Below, piece after piece: positions 1 through 10,452 of a stretch of DNA of 64,000 nucleotides. The position numbers were made by a program, and so were the translations under genes. The DNA lies in NCBI GenBank assembly GCA_045807765.1, contig JBJMGU010000232.1:1618-65617 (forward strand), given 5' to 3'. This stretch comes from Blastocatellia bacterium. Lineage in GTDB: Bacteria > Acidobacteriota > Blastocatellia > UBA7656. The notes beneath the pieces were generated by a model. The model did no database searches, was not told the origin of the DNA, and was given only the letters and a program-made list of their open reading frames with translations. Within the stretch, counting starts at the first letter, position 1; the number at the start of each line of letters is the position of its first letter.

Positions 1-1693
1 CGGTACGTTTCATTCGCTGGCGCATTCGATCTTGCGCCGCCATCCGGAGGCGGCGGGCGTGCTGCGCACCTTCACGGTGCTCGACTCGAACGACGCCGAA
101 GACGTGATCGATATCGTTCGCCGGCAAGCGGGCGCGGCGGCGCGTGATCGCCGGTTGCCGCGCAAGCGAACGCTTGCGGCCATCTTCAGCATGGCGACCA
201 ACAAGTTGCTGACGATTGAAGAGGTGCTGAACCAGTTCTATCCGCAGTTCAGCCACGAAGGCGAAGTGATTGCGTCCATCTTCAAAGCCTTCGACGAGTT
301 CAAGCGGGCGCGTCACCTGCTCAGTTATGATGATCTGCTCGTGCGCCTGCGCGACGCGCTCGATACGGACGAATCGCTCAGGCAGCGATTGTCGGAGCAA
401 TACCGCTACCTGATGGTTGACGAGTATCAGGACACCAATAAGCTGCAAGCGCAGATCATTCGTGGGCTGGCGGCGGCGCACGACAACGTCGCCGTAGTCG
501 GGGACGAATCGCAATCGATCTATTCGTTCCGCGGCGCGACGTTTCGCAACATGCTCGAATTCCCTGAGCTTTTCCCCGGCGCCCGCATTATCAAGCTGGA
601 AGAGAATTTTCGCAGCACGCAGCCGGTGCTTGACGTGGCGAATGCCATCATCAGCGAGGCGCAAGAAGGTTACGCCAAGCGATTGTTCTCGCGCGCGCCC
701 GAAGGCCCGCAGCCGTTGCTGGTCGAAGCCGGCGACGAAAACGAGCAGTCGCGCTTCGTCGCTCAGCGCATTCTTGAATTGCGCGACGAAGGGGTGTCCC
801 TGAATGAAATCGCCGTGTTATTCCGTGCCAGCTCGCATGCCTTCGACCTGGAAGTCGAGTTGGGCAAGCACGGCATCACTTACCGCAAATTCGGCGGCAT
901 ACGCTTCGCCGAATCGGCGCACGTCAAAGACGTGCTCGCCTTCCTGCGCATCGTCGCCAACCCCTCGGACACCGTTTCGTGGTTTCGCTCACTCAAGCTC
1001 ATAGATCACATCGGCGATGCTACGGTGCAGCAGATTCTCGACTTCCTCAACGTCGAAGGCCGTGAGTTTCGCACCGCCCGCGCCAAAGAATCGCTCTTTA
1101 AAAAGCTCTCGGAGTTTCCCGCGAAAGCGAGCTACGAAAGGCCACTCGGCAAGATGGCCCGGCTGCTGCTGACGCTCGCCGAAAATCGCGAGCCGCGCGC
1201 CCAGGTTGCCGTCGTCGAGAAATTCTATCGCCCCATTCTACAAGCCACATTTGACGATTACCCGCGCCGCCAGCGCGATCTTGATCACCTGCTGACCATC
1301 GCCAAACGCTATAAGACCAGCGAAGAATTGCTCGCCGACGTGGCGCTCGATCCCATAGACACGGCAGCCGCCGAAGCCGCCGCGAAAGGCCAGGGCTTCG
1401 TGACACTTTCCACCGTGCATTCGGCGAAGGGATTGGAATGGACAGCGCTGTTCATCATCTGGATGCTTGACGGCTGGTTCCCGTCGTCGCGCGCTTACGA
1501 CGCCTTTGAAGACCTCGAAGAAGAGCGCCGCCTGTTGTACGTCGCGGCGACGCGCGCCAAACAACACCTCTACTTTATCTGCCCGATGAGCGCCTACGAG
1601 AGCGGCGGCCCAGCGATGTTCACCGGCGTCTCGCGCTTTCTCGAAACCCTGCCGGCGGACATCCTGCCGCGCGCCACATTAGATGGAGAGTAG
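1..1693 (+). CDS. ATP-dependent SF1 helicase, UvrD/PcrA family (5' truncated by window)
   Basis: Frame is open from base 2 (GTFHSLAH...). Motifs VDEYQDTN, VGDESQSIYSFRGA, ENFRST, STVHSAKGLEW, EERRLLYVAATRAK. Confidence 0.92.
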   Translation, partial: GTFHSLAHSILRRHPEAAGVLRTFTVLDSNDAEDVIDIVRRQAGAAARDRRLPRKRTLAAIFSMATNKLLTIEEVLNQFYPQFSHEGEVIASIFKAFDEFKRARHLLSYDDLLVRLRDALDTDESLRQRLSEQYRYLMVDEYQDTNKLQAQIIRGLAAAHDNVAVVGDESQSIYSFRGATFRNMLEFPELFPGARIIKLEENFRSTQPVLDVANAIISEAQEGYAKRLFSRAPEGPQPLLVEAGDENEQSRFVAQRILELRDEGVSLNEIAVLFRASSHAFDLEVELGKHGITYRKFGGIRFAESAHVKDVLAFLRIVANPSDTVSWFRSLKLIDHIGDATVQQILDFLNVEGREFRTARAKESLFKKLSEFPAKASYERPLGKMARLLLTLAENREPRAQVAVVEKFYRPILQATFDDYPRRQRDLDHLLTIAKRYKTSEELLADVALDPIDTAAAEAAAKGQGFVTLSTVHSAKGLEWTALFIIWMLDGWFPSSRAYDAFEDLEEERRLLYVAATRAKQHLYFICPMSAYESGGPAMFTGVSRFLETLPADILPRATLDGE

Positions 1694-1730
1694 GCCGTGT
1701 TATCATGAGTCGAAGCAGTTGGAGTTCAGT

Positions 1731-2360
1731 ATGCGGCAAAAGGCAGACTTTCAACAGATTTTATCTTCGCCGACCGAAGCCTATGAAGAAGGGTTGCGAT
1801 TTTTTATGGGCAAGGGCCTTTTGAATAACGCGCTCCGTCGCCTCGCCGCCGACCTTGAGGAGCGTGGCATTGATTACAGTGTGATTGACGCCATCGCATT
1901 GAACCAGCATGGCTACAGACGGTTCACCGAAGATATCGATCTGTTGCTCACCAAAGAAGGATTGCAGCAATTTCACGAACAATTGATTGGCCTCGGCTAT
2001 CGCCCGGCCCTTGTCGGCGCGACCAAAAAGTTTCGCACGGCGGAAGAGAGAGTGCCGATTGAGATCATTACGACCGGCGAATATCCTGGCGATGGACAGC
2101 CCAAGCCTGTGCGCTTCCCGGACCCGCGCGAAAACTTTACGGTGATTGACGGCGTCAAGACGATCCCGCTCGACAAGTTGATCGAATTGAAGCTCGCATC
2201 AGGGATGAGTGCCCCCGACCGTTTGAAAGACCTCGCCGACGTGCAAGAGATGATCAAAATCAAATCACTCGACGCCGCGTTTGCCGAAAAGCTGGACACA
2301 TCGGTGCGGGACAAATTTATCGAGTTGCATCAGGCCGTCGAGCGCGCCAGACAACCCTAG
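1731..2360 (+). CDS. Nucleotidyltransferase-fold protein (AbiEii/DUF6036-like), function unknown
   Basis: Motif YSVIDAIAL-x3-GYRRFTEDIDLL and C-terminal LIELKLAS...RLKDLADV. Start chosen at ATG 1731 after GGAG; ORF track starts at 1683. Confidence 0.6.
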   Translation: MRQKADFQQILSSPTEAYEEGLRFFMGKGLLNNALRRLAADLEERGIDYSVIDAIALNQHGYRRFTEDIDLLLTKEGLQQFHEQLIGLGYRPALVGATKKFRTAEERVPIEIITTGEYPGDGQPKPVRFPDPRENFTVIDGVKTIPLDKLIELKLASGMSAPDRLKDLADVQEMIKIKSLDAAFAEKLDTSVRDKFIELHQAVERARQP

Positions 2361-2389
2361 CCCGGCCCGAACGACTCGCTTGCAGCCGC

Positions 2390-2419
2390 TTGACCGGCGC
2401 GCGCGCGGCTTCGTATTAT
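2390..2419 (+). promoter_or_regulatory. Putative sigma70 promoter of ilvE
   Basis: TTGACC (2390-2395), 18 nt spacer, TATTAT (2414-2419). Confidence 0.5.
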
Positions 2420-2516
2420 TTGGTTTGTTATTCACACCTTTGCACGTCAGGTTGATTGCGGCGGCGGCGCCCGGGGCGCGAGGCAAACTTCACTTCATTA
2501 AGGCGGGAGAATCCAC

Positions 2517-3485
2517 ATGGTAAAAGAACAGGAACACGGCGAGATTGTCTGGCACAACGGCAAGCTGATCTCGTGGCGCGAGGCGACGATTCACGTGATG
2601 ACGCACGTCGTCAATTATGGCTCGTCGGTCTTTGAAGGCATACGCTGTTATAACACGCGGCGCGGCCCGGCGCTCTTTCGCCTCGACGCTCACATCGAGC
2701 GGCTGATCAATTCAGCGCACATCTATCGCATCGAGCCGCCGTTCGGCTACGATGAAGTCTTCGAAGCCTGCCGCGAACTGGTGCCCGCCAATCACTACCG
2801 CGAATGTTACCTGCGCCCGCTGATCTTCCGCGGCTACGGCACCTTCGGCGTTGACCCGTTTCCCTGCCCCATCGAGACTTATGTTTGCGCATGGCCGTGG
2901 GGCAAGTATCTCGGCGAAGAAGCGCTCGAACAGGGCGTTGATGTCTGCGTGTCGAGCTGGACGCGTATCGCCCCGAACACGTTGCCCTCGATGGCCAAAG
3001 CCGGCGCCAACTACATGAACTCGCAGCTCATCAAGATGGAAGCCAAGATCAACGGCTACGCTGAAGGCATCGCCCTCGACCCGGAAGGCTACATCAGCGA
3101 AGGCTCAGGCGAGAACGTCTTCTTAATCAAAAAAGGCGTGGTGATGACGCCGCCGCTTTACTCGACGGTGCTGCCGGGCATCACGCGCGATTCGATCATT
3201 AAGATATGTGAAGAGATGGGCATCCCTGTGCTTGAGCGAGCCATTCCGCGCGAGATGCTTTACATCGCCGACGAAGTCTTCTTCACCGGCACGGCGGCAG
3301 AGATCACGCCGATCCGTTCGGTTGACAAGATCAAGATCGGCGCGGGCCGGCGCGGCCCTTTGACGACAGAGATTCAGCGGCGTTTCTTCGCCATCATCAA
3401 CGGCGAAACGGAAGATCGCTATGGCTGGCTGACGCCGGTCGAAGAACCGAAAGCCGCCGCCCAGACCGAACCGCAACTGGCCTGA
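2517..3485 (+). CDS. ilvE: Branched-chain amino acid aminotransferase
   Basis: [19 protein letters not shown] (PLP lysine), [27 protein letters not shown]. Confidence 0.95.
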   Translation: MVKEQEHGEIVWHNGKLISWREATIHVMTHVVNYGSSVFEGIRCYNTRRGPALFRLDAHIERLINSAHIYRIEPPFGYDEVFEACRELVPANHYRECYLRPLIFRGYGTFGVDPFPCPIETYVCAWPWGKYLGEEALEQGVDVCVSSWTRIAPNTLPSMAKAGANYMNSQLIKMEAKINGYAEGIALDPEGYISEGSGENVFLIKKGVVMTPPLYSTVLPGITRDSIIKICEEMGIPVLERAIPREMLYIADEVFFTGTAAEITPIRSVDKIKIGAGRRGPLTTEIQRRFFAIINGETEDRYGWLTPVEEPKAAAQTEPQLA

Positions 3486-3519
3486 GCCGCGAGGCTGATC
3501 ACTTCTGCTTTACTGACAG

Positions 3520-3553
3520 AGCGCCGCACCTTGCGTTGAGCAGGTGCGGCGCT
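3520..3553. terminator. Hairpin between convergent ilvE and O-methyltransferase, probable bidirectional terminator
   Basis: AGCGCCGCACCT-10 nt-AGGTGCGGCGCT, perfect 12-bp stem. Confidence 0.6.
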
Positions 3554-3592
3554 TGAGGTTAAAGGCAAAGCTTCGACAGGTGATCGCGGCTC

Positions 3593-4231
3593 TCAAGCCG
3601 GGCGCTTCCACGCCAGCATCATGCCGTCGCGCACCGTCAGGCAGACGTTTTCAACGCGCGGGTCTTCGTTGACGCGCTTGTCGAATTCAACGATGGCGCG
3701 CGAGTCATCGTCTTCAGGGTTGAGCACCCTGCCGCTCCACAAGACATTGTCGGCGACGATCAACCCGCCCGGCCTGACCAGCGGCATGACCGCTTCATAG
3801 TAGTTCAGATAATTCGTCTTGTCGGCGTCAATGAAGACCATGTCGAATGGCTCGGTCAGCGTTTTGATGGTGTCGAGCGCCGGCCCCATGCGAATTTCGA
3901 TTTTGTGGCCATGCTCACTTTCAGCAAAGTAGCGGCTGGCGATGGCTTCGGCCTTCGGGTTCACGTCGCAGGTGATTAAGCGCCCGTCGTCGGGCAAGCC
4001 TTCGGCCATCATCAAGCCGCTGTAGCCTGTGAACATGCCGATTTCCAGCACGCGCCGCGCGCCCGTAAGCCGCACAAGCATCTTCAAGAACTGCCCTTCG
4101 ATTCGTCCGACCTGCATCTGCGGCGACTGCATCTCGCGGTACGTCTCTTCGCGCAGACGGCTAAAAAGCTCGGATTCCGGTTTCGTGTGATCGTGCGCAA
4201 ACTGCTCGACAGCTTCATCTATAAATATCAT
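3593..4231 (-). CDS. SAM-dependent O-methyltransferase (caffeoyl-CoA OMT-like, Methyltransf_3)
   Basis: VLEIGMFTGYS, FDMVFIDADK, DNVLWSG, RDGM. Start MIFIDE after GAGGAG. Confidence 0.88.
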   Translation of the reverse strand: MIFIDEAVEQFAHDHTKPESELFSRLREETYREMQSPQMQVGRIEGQFLKMLVRLTGARRVLEIGMFTGYSGLMMAEGLPDDGRLITCDVNPKAEAIASRYFAESEHGHKIEIRMGPALDTIKTLTEPFDMVFIDADKTNYLNYYEAVMPLVRPGGLIVADNVLWSGRVLNPEDDDSRAIVEFDKRVNEDPRVENVCLTVRDGMMLAWKRPA

Positions 4232-4263
4232 TCGATTGTCTCCTCGATGCTGGCAGATGTTGG

Positions 4264-5667
4264 TTACTTGCGCTTCCACTTGGTGCCCTGCGGCGTGTCT
4301 TCGAGCAGCACACCGCGCTCGGCAAGCTGGTTGCGAATCTCGTCGGCGCGCTTAAAGTCGCGGTTCTTGCGCGCCGCGTTGCGCTCGACGATTAGCGATT
4401 CGACTTCGGCGGCGAGCTGCGCATCAACCTGCTTATCCGCTGCGCCAAAGACGCCCAGCACGCTGTTGGCGCGCTCAAGAAAATCTAGGACGGCCTGGCG
4501 GTCATCTGTGCCGAACTCGCCGGCATCCATCGCAATGTTCACGTCGCGGCGCAGGTCGTGCAACGCCGCCAGCGCCCCCGCCGTGTTCAGGTCATCGTTC
4601 ATGCTCGATTCAAACTCGTCGCGGGCTTTGGCGATGATCTCGGTGACACGCTCGTTGGCGCTGGCTGCGCCGGTGAAATCTTTAACGCGGCGGCGGAAAT
4701 TGTACAGCTTTTCCAGGGCGCTCTCAGCCCCGCGCAAGCCGTCCAGCGTGAAGTTCAGTTGTGTGCGATAGGGCACGCTCAGCAACAGGTAGCGGATGGC
4801 CAGGGCCGAAAATCCCTGCTTGATCAGGTTGCGCACCGTGTAGTAGTTGCCCTTCGACTTGCTCATCTTCTCGCCTTCGACGAGCAGGAACTCGACGTGG
4901 AACCATGTCTTGACGAACGGCTCGCCGGTCGCGCCTTCCGATTGTGCGATCTCGTTCTCGTGATGCGGGAAGATCAGGTCAACGCCACCAGCATGCAGGT
5001 CGAACGATTCGCCGAGGTACTTCATCGACATCGCCGAGCATTCCAGGTGCCAGCCCGGACGGCCCACGCCGAACGGTGAATCCCATTGCGGCTCGCCCGC
5101 TTCTTTCGGCTCTTTCCACAGCACGAAGTCGCGGGCGTCGGCCTTCTCATATTCGTCAACGTCAACGCGCGCGCCGGCCAGATTGCCTTCGAGCTTGAGG
5201 CCCGACAATTTGCCATACCCTTCAAACGAGTTGATGCTGAAATAGAGCGAGCCTTCGCTCTGGTAAGTGTAGCCGCGTGCCGACAGACGGTTCATGATAT
5301 CGATCATCTCATTGATGTGATCGGTGGCGCGCGGGATGATTTCAGCGCGCTCGATGGCAAGCGACTGGCAATCCTCCAAGAAGGCTTCGGTGTAAAACCC
5401 AGTGTACTCTTTGAGGCCCTTGCCCTGCTGCAACATATTGCGGATGATCTTGTCTTCAACGTCCGTAATGTTCATGACGTGCAGGACTTCGTAGCCGAGG
5501 TATTTCAGGTAACGGCGCAGCACGTCAACAGCAACGAAGGTGCGGAAATTGCCAATGTGGCCGTAATCATAAACCGTTGGGCCGCAGGCGTACATTCGCA
5601 CACGGTTGCCATCGAGCGGGCGGAACTCTTCGAGGGCGCGCGTCAGCGTGTTTCTGAGCCTGAGCAT
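4264..5667 (-). CDS. cysS: Cysteine--tRNA ligase
   Basis: CGPTVYD, HIGN, GRPGWHLECS, FPHHENE, KMSKS. Confidence 0.97.
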   Translation of the reverse strand: MLRLRNTLTRALEEFRPLDGNRVRMYACGPTVYDYGHIGNFRTFVAVDVLRRYLKYLGYEVLHVMNITDVEDKIIRNMLQQGKGLKEYTGFYTEAFLEDCQSLAIERAEIIPRATDHINEMIDIMNRLSARGYTYQSEGSLYFSINSFEGYGKLSGLKLEGNLAGARVDVDEYEKADARDFVLWKEPKEAGEPQWDSPFGVGRPGWHLECSAMSMKYLGESFDLHAGGVDLIFPHHENEIAQSEGATGEPFVKTWFHVEFLLVEGEKMSKSKGNYYTVRNLIKQGFSALAIRYLLLSVPYRTQLNFTLDGLRGAESALEKLYNFRRRVKDFTGAASANERVTEIIAKARDEFESSMNDDLNTAGALAALHDLRRDVNIAMDAGEFGTDDRQAVLDFLERANSVLGVFGAADKQVDAQLAAEVESLIVERNAARKNRDFKRADEIRNQLAERGVLLEDTPQGTKWKRK

Positions 5668-5717
5668 AGGAATCTCCTTGTCGAATGAATGCGCTGTTGC
5701 CGTAAGCGGAACGCCAA

Positions 5718-5747
5718 ATCGTAGCGAAGGCGAAAAAAGCCTGTCAA
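5718..5747 (-). promoter_or_regulatory. Putative sigma70 promoter of cysS
   Basis: Minus strand TTGACA, 18 nt spacer, TACGAT. Confidence 0.5.
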
Positions 5748-5844
5748 CAAAGCGACCGCTGCGCCACTGAGGGGAGTCTACACTGTTGTGCTTTCATCAT
5801 CTTGAGACCCATTTTAGCGGATACGATTGGGATTGCAAAAGATA

Positions 5845-5889
5845 AAAAATAAGAGCCGGGCGCGGCCATATCGGCACACCGCCCGGCTC
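5845..5889 (-). terminator. Intrinsic terminator of the aldehyde dehydrogenase gene
   Basis: GAGCCGGGCG...CGCCCGGCTC stem followed on the minus strand by TTATTTTT. Confidence 0.6.
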
Positions 5890-5913
5890 ATCGTTTGTTG
5901 ATTGATCGTTTGC

Positions 5914-7356
5914 CTACAACTGCAACGATTTGGTTTCGAGATACTCTTCCAGCCCGTAGCGGCCAAGCTCGCGCCCGTTGCCCGATTGCTTGTAGCCGCC
6001 GAACGGCGCCAGCGGGTTGTACTTGCCGCCGTTGATGTCTACCTGCCCGGTGCGCAGGCGCCGAGCGACGCGCTTGGCGCGCTCGAGATCATTCGACCAG
6101 ACGCCGCCCGCCAACCCATAGATCGTGCCATTGGCAATTCGTACGGCGTCGTCTTCGTCGTCGTAAGGAATGATCGACAGCACCGGCCCGAAAATCTCTT
6201 CCTGTGCGATGGTCATATCATCGCGCACATCGGCAAAGACGGTCGGGCGCACGAAGTAGCCTTTCTCCAAGCCTTCGGGCGCATCAGCGCCGCCGGTCAC
6301 CAGCCGTGCGCCTTCTTCGATGCCCTTATTGATGTAATGGCGAACCCGCTCGCGCTGGGTTTCTGAAACCAGCGGCCCGAGCTTGGCGCGGCCCTCGCGC
6401 GGGTCACCGACGGTGAAGCCTTCAGCCGTTTCTTTGGCAATCCGCACGGCCTCGTCCTGTTTATCTTTCGGCACCAGCAAGCGCGTGTGCGCCGAGCAGG
6501 TCTGCCCCGAATTGAAATAGCAATTACTCACAGAGCTGCGCACCGCCTTTTCAAAGTCGGCGTCATCAAGCACGATGCTCGCCGATTTGCCGCCCAGCTC
6601 AAGGGCGACGCGCTTGACGGTACGGGCCGCCAGCTCGCTAACGCGACGGCCCGCGCGCGTCGAGCCGGTGAACGACACCATATCGACGTCAGGATTGGCG
6701 ACAATCGCTTCGCCGACGACCGGGCCGAGACCCGTCACCAGATTGAAGACGCCCGCCGGCAAGCCGACCTCGTCGCAAATCTCCGCGAGGACGAATGCCG
6801 TGAGCGGCGCGACTTCGCTCGGCTTCAGCACCACTGTGCAGCCGGCGGCGAGCGCCGGCGCGACTTTGGCGACGACCTGATGCAGCGGGTAATTCCACGG
6901 CGTGATGCAGCCGACGACGCCGACCGGCTCTTTGACGACCAGCGAGTTGCCGATCTGCTCTTCAAATTGATAATCGCTCAGCAGCCGTGCATACGACCCG
7001 CAGACTATCGCCGGCAGCCCCGCCTGCACGGCGGTCGCAAGCGGCAAAGGCATGCCGACTTCACTGGCGATGATCGCGGCGATCTCCGCTTGCCGCGCCT
7101 GAAGCCGCTCGGCAATCTGCTGAAGGTATGCAGCGCGACGGCTTGCCGCAAGCTGCGACCATGAATCGAAAGCGGCGCGCGCCGCGGCGACGGCGCGGGC
7201 GGCATCTGCCGGCGTGCCTTCGGGGACGCGCCCCATGACTTCTTCGGTGGTGGAATTGATAACGTCGAGCCGGCCCGTTCCGGCTGGCTCGATCCACTGG
7301 CCATTGATGTAAAGCTTGTCGTGAGCCTTGATCTCGGTCTGTTGAGAAGCGGACAT
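5914..7356 (-). CDS. NAD-dependent aldehyde dehydrogenase
   Basis: [45 protein letters not shown]. Confidence 0.95.
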   Translation of the reverse strand: MSASQQTEIKAHDKLYINGQWIEPAGTGRLDVINSTTEEVMGRVPEGTPADAARAVAAARAAFDSWSQLAASRRAAYLQQIAERLQARQAEIAAIIASEVGMPLPLATAVQAGLPAIVCGSYARLLSDYQFEEQIGNSLVVKEPVGVVGCITPWNYPLHQVVAKVAPALAAGCTVVLKPSEVAPLTAFVLAEICDEVGLPAGVFNLVTGLGPVVGEAIVANPDVDMVSFTGSTRAGRRVSELAARTVKRVALELGGKSASIVLDDADFEKAVRSSVSNCYFNSGQTCSAHTRLLVPKDKQDEAVRIAKETAEGFTVGDPREGRAKLGPLVSETQRERVRHYINKGIEEGARLVTGGADAPEGLEKGYFVRPTVFADVRDDMTIAQEEIFGPVLSIIPYDDEDDAVRIANGTIYGLAGGVWSNDLERAKRVARRLRTGQVDINGGKYNPLAPFGGYKQSGNGRELGRYGLEEYLETKSLQL

Positions 7357-7370
7357 TTACTCTCCTCGGT

Positions 7371-8015
7371 TTATTGAACTGTCAGTGTGATTTCGATGAG
7401 CTGCGCCGGCAGCGTGCATGGCGGGTTCTGTTTGGCGCAGACCGGCTCGCCCTTGGCCGTCAGCGTGTAGGTTCCCATTGCTTCGGTGCGGAATATGCCC
7501 TGCGTGCCAAGCAGCGGCAGCAGCACCGGCACCGCAAAAAAGGCGTTCGGGTTCGAAAAGCTCCAGCTCCATTCGTAGTTGGTGTCGAGCGCAACAAGAA
7601 ATTGCTCGTGCAGCGACAGCGCGACGCTCTTGCCGGTATCCGCCGCCGTCAGCGTGGTGCCGCCGAAGAAGCGCACATAGGGCGACTTCTCGTTGTTGGC
7701 GTTCTGCACTTCGATGGTGACGACGTCGGTCGCGCCGATGCGCTTGCCGGCCTTCTTGGCGATCAGCGAGCCGGTTGGGTTGCTCTCGTCGTTGGCGGTC
7801 TTCTGCGGCTCGCCATCGAGCAGGATCATCGCGCCAATGTCAAAGCGCTCGCCGGTGACGAACAGCTTCTTACCCTTTCGCCGAACTCCTGTGATCTGCG
7901 GCGTCGTCGTTTGAATCGTAATCGCGCTTACTTTCGATCCGCCGACCGGTGTTGATGCCAGCGGCACCGCAAGCCACAGCGCCAGCATGATGAGCAGGCA
8001 GGTGAGTATTCGCAT
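7371..8015 (-). CDS. Secreted two-domain hypothetical protein (Ig-like/IPT-like plus chagasin-like)
   Basis: True start MRILTCLL with signal peptide, after AAGGAGG. The longer ORF-track start overlaps the SPFH gene. Domain calls are tentative. Confidence 0.6.
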   Translation of the reverse strand: MRILTCLLIMLALWLAVPLASTPVGGSKVSAITIQTTTPQITGVRRKGKKLFVTGERFDIGAMILLDGEPQKTANDESNPTGSLIAKKAGKRIGATDVVTIEVQNANNEKSPYVRFFGGTTLTAADTGKSVALSLHEQFLVALDTNYEWSWSFSNPNAFFAVPVLLPLLGTQGIFRTEAMGTYTLTAKGEPVCAKQNPPCTLPAQLIEITLTVQ

Positions 8016-8068
8016 AGACAAATCCTCCTTGATCCCACTGATGACTGGTTGGGGCGTTACGGCTCTGA

Positions 8069-9196
8069 TTATGACACAGGCGTGCCGCAGCTGGCGCAGA
8101 ATTTTGAGCCCGGCGGCACAGGCGTCTGGCAGTTCTTGCAGGCTTGCGGCACCAGCGATTGGCCGCAGTTGTTGCAGAACTTCGAGCCGGCGACGACCTG
8201 CCCGTGACACGACGGGCATTCGGCGGTGGCCGCCTGAGGCGCTTGCTGCGGCGCGCCGCAGTTCGAGCAGAACTTGGTTCCGGGAGCGTTCGCCGTGCCG
8301 CACTTCGGGCAAGGAACGCCTTGCGGCTGCGCGCCGCCGCCGCCTTGCTGCGGGTGCTGTTGCTGGCCACTGAAAGCGCCGGCCATCACCTGGCCGTAAC
8401 CCATGCCGAGGCCGAAGCCCATGCCCTGGCCTGCCGCGCCGCCTTCCTGCTTGGCCGCGTCTTGAATGGACTGCGCCGCTTTGAACTGCATGTAAGCGCT
8501 CATGTCGCCGATGGCGCCCATGCTCGAACGCTCATCGATCATCTTCTGCACTTCTTCGGGCGGCGTGATGGCCGAGATGATGAAGTCTACCAACTCAAGC
8601 CCCTGCTTGCTGAAGTCTTCGGCGACGCGCGATTTCAAACCGGCGGCCAGCTCATCGTAATAAGCCGGCAGGTCGAAGATCGTCTTCAGGTTTTCGCCGA
8701 GCAGGTCGTTGAGCCGCGCCACGGCAATGTCGCGCAGGAACGAGCCGACCGCTTCAGTCGAAACGACGCCGCGCGTGCCGACGACCGAGGCGACGAACAA
8801 TTGCGGGTCGGCAACGCGCAAGCTGTACTTGCCGAACGCCCGCAGCCGCACAAAGCGCAGCTCGGTGTCGCGAAAGGTGATCGGCTCTTTCGTGCCCCAC
8901 TTCAAATCCTGAAAGGTGTGCCGCGCCACAAACATCACGCTGGCGGTAAACGGCGAGGTGCCGCCGAACGGCAGCGACAGCAGCTTGGTGAGCAGCGGCA
9001 CATTCATCGTCGTCAGCGTGTGGCGACCGGGGCCAAAAACATCGAGCGCCTTGCCGTCGCGGAAGAAGACCGCCGCTTGATTCTCCTGAACGATCAACTG
9101 CGCGCCGAGCTTGATGTCGGCAGAGCCGGTTTCCGGGATGCGATGGACGATCTCCTGACCGGAATTATCGAAATACTGTAAGACTTCAATGGCCAT
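8069..9196 (-). CDS. SPFH/band-7 domain protein with C-terminal zinc ribbons (YdjI-like)
   Basis: [17 protein letters not shown]...[16 protein letters not shown], then three CxxC...KFCxxCG ribbons. Confidence 0.85.
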   Translation of the reverse strand: MAIEVLQYFDNSGQEIVHRIPETGSADIKLGAQLIVQENQAAVFFRDGKALDVFGPGRHTLTTMNVPLLTKLLSLPFGGTSPFTASVMFVARHTFQDLKWGTKEPITFRDTELRFVRLRAFGKYSLRVADPQLFVASVVGTRGVVSTEAVGSFLRDIAVARLNDLLGENLKTIFDLPAYYDELAAGLKSRVAEDFSKQGLELVDFIISAITPPEEVQKMIDERSSMGAIGDMSAYMQFKAAQSIQDAAKQEGGAAGQGMGFGLGMGYGQVMAGAFSGQQQHPQQGGGGAQPQGVPCPKCGTANAPGTKFCSNCGAPQQAPQAATAECPSCHGQVVAGSKFCNNCGQSLVPQACKNCQTPVPPGSKFCASCGTPVS

Positions 9197-9223
9197 CCTC
9201 TGTGTCTCCTTTGCGTCGTTAAG

Positions 9224-10375
9224 CTACTTGCCAATCTTGATGCCGCCGTTGGTCGTCCTGGCGGTGACGGTCGGACCACCCGAACCGATGGGGCCGCTGG
9301 CGCGCATCCCTACCGGGAATGTCTTTTCGGTCTTCACCTCGGGGAAGGCGTCGTCAACCTTTATCCCCCCGTGCATGGCGCTGGCGTCGAGCGTGCCGTT
9401 GAAGTCATCCTGAAGCCTCAACTCGATGCCGCCGTTCATCGTCTCGAAGGTCATCGGGCGGTCCTTCACGCCCTGCCGCAAGGTCGCCTCAATGCCGCCA
9501 TTGACTGACTTGGCGCGGTCAATGCCTGATACCTGATCGAGCTTGATCCTGCCGTTGGTGGTTTCGACCGTCAGTTGGCCGGTGACGTCGCTGACTGTGA
9601 CGCTGCCGTTGGTCGAGTTGAAGACGACGTTGCCGAGTTCGCGCGGCAGCTTCACTTCAAAGCTGATCTTGCCTTTGGCCGGGGCCGAGATGGCGAGCGA
9701 ATTGTTATCGCTGCGAATGCTCACATCAGAAGGGGTAGCACCGCTGCTCGCCAGGATACGCACTTCGGCCTGCGGCCCGTCCCAGCCCGTCACCGTGATG
9801 CTGCCGTTGATGGTTTGGATGGCCACCGCCGCTCCTTTAGCCAGCGTGAACGTTTTCAAGTCTTCGGCAGTCGTGGCCCCCGGGATTTGTTGAGCAGCGG
9901 CAGGGATGCGGTCGCGGACACGGCGAAAGACCGCGCGCCCGACGATCATCGCGCCGAGCATCAGCGCCAGAAAGATGGCCAGGAAGATGGCCCACCCCGA
10001 GCTACTGCGCGAAGTGGTCGTCGGTGGCGGCGCGTACTGCGGCGGACGCCAGGCAGGCGGCGGCGGCGGCAATTGATACGAAGTCGGCGGCGCTTGATAA
10101 GCGTTTGGAGCTTGATAGGCGGCGGGCGGTTTGCCCACCGGGTTGGTGTTGGGCCGCGCCTGCGGGGCGGTGTTGCCGGCGGAGCGCGCACCCCAATCGT
10201 CCGGCGGCTGCATATGCCGCGTCGTCGCTTCGCCCGGCGACGACAGAGGATCATCACCGAACTGCTGCGTCGGCGCTTCGCCGCTATCGAGCGTTTCAGT
10301 GGAATTACCGCAGGCGCGACAGAATCGCTGCCCCGCGAACAACTCGCTGCCACACGTTTTGCAAATTTCTGTCAT
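9224..10375 (-). CDS. Membrane protein: N-terminal zinc ribbon, Pro-rich linker, TM helix, DUF4097 adhesin-like repeats
   Basis: CKTCG...FCRACG, a single TM segment, repeated TINGSI/STNGSV/TTNGRI/SVNGGI. Confidence 0.8.
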   Translation of the reverse strand: MTEICKTCGSELFAGQRFCRACGNSTETLDSGEAPTQQFGDDPLSSPGEATTRHMQPPDDWGARSAGNTAPQARPNTNPVGKPPAAYQAPNAYQAPPTSYQLPPPPPAWRPPQYAPPPTTTSRSSSGWAIFLAIFLALMLGAMIVGRAVFRRVRDRIPAAAQQIPGATTAEDLKTFTLAKGAAVAIQTINGSITVTGWDGPQAEVRILASSGATPSDVSIRSDNNSLAISAPAKGKISFEVKLPRELGNVVFNSTNGSVTVSDVTGQLTVETTNGRIKLDQVSGIDRAKSVNGGIEATLRQGVKDRPMTFETMNGGIELRLQDDFNGTLDASAMHGGIKVDDAFPEVKTEKTFPVGMRASGPIGSGGPTVTARTTNGGIKIGK

Positions 10376-10380
10376 AACGA

Positions 10381-10452
10381 AGTGCTGAGTGATGCGTGAT
10401 GAGTGACGAGTAAGAGCCGCCTACTCATTACTCTCATTCATCACGCATCACT
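10381..10452. repeat. Junction element J1: inverted arms of tandem 7-mers (AGTGATG type)
   Basis: AGTGATGCGTGATGA (10388-10402) is the exact reverse complement of TCATCACGCATCACT (10438-10452). Overlaps the stop at 10448. Confidence 0.85.

Noticed and set aside
2420-2516. Possible Leu/Ile/Val attenuator leader before ilvE
   Set aside because: No short ORF with a convincing start and branched-chain codon run, and no terminator hairpin with a U-tract.
8016-8312. N-terminal extension of the 313-aa ORF
   Set aside because: It overlaps the SPFH gene. The signal peptide and SD place the start at 8015.
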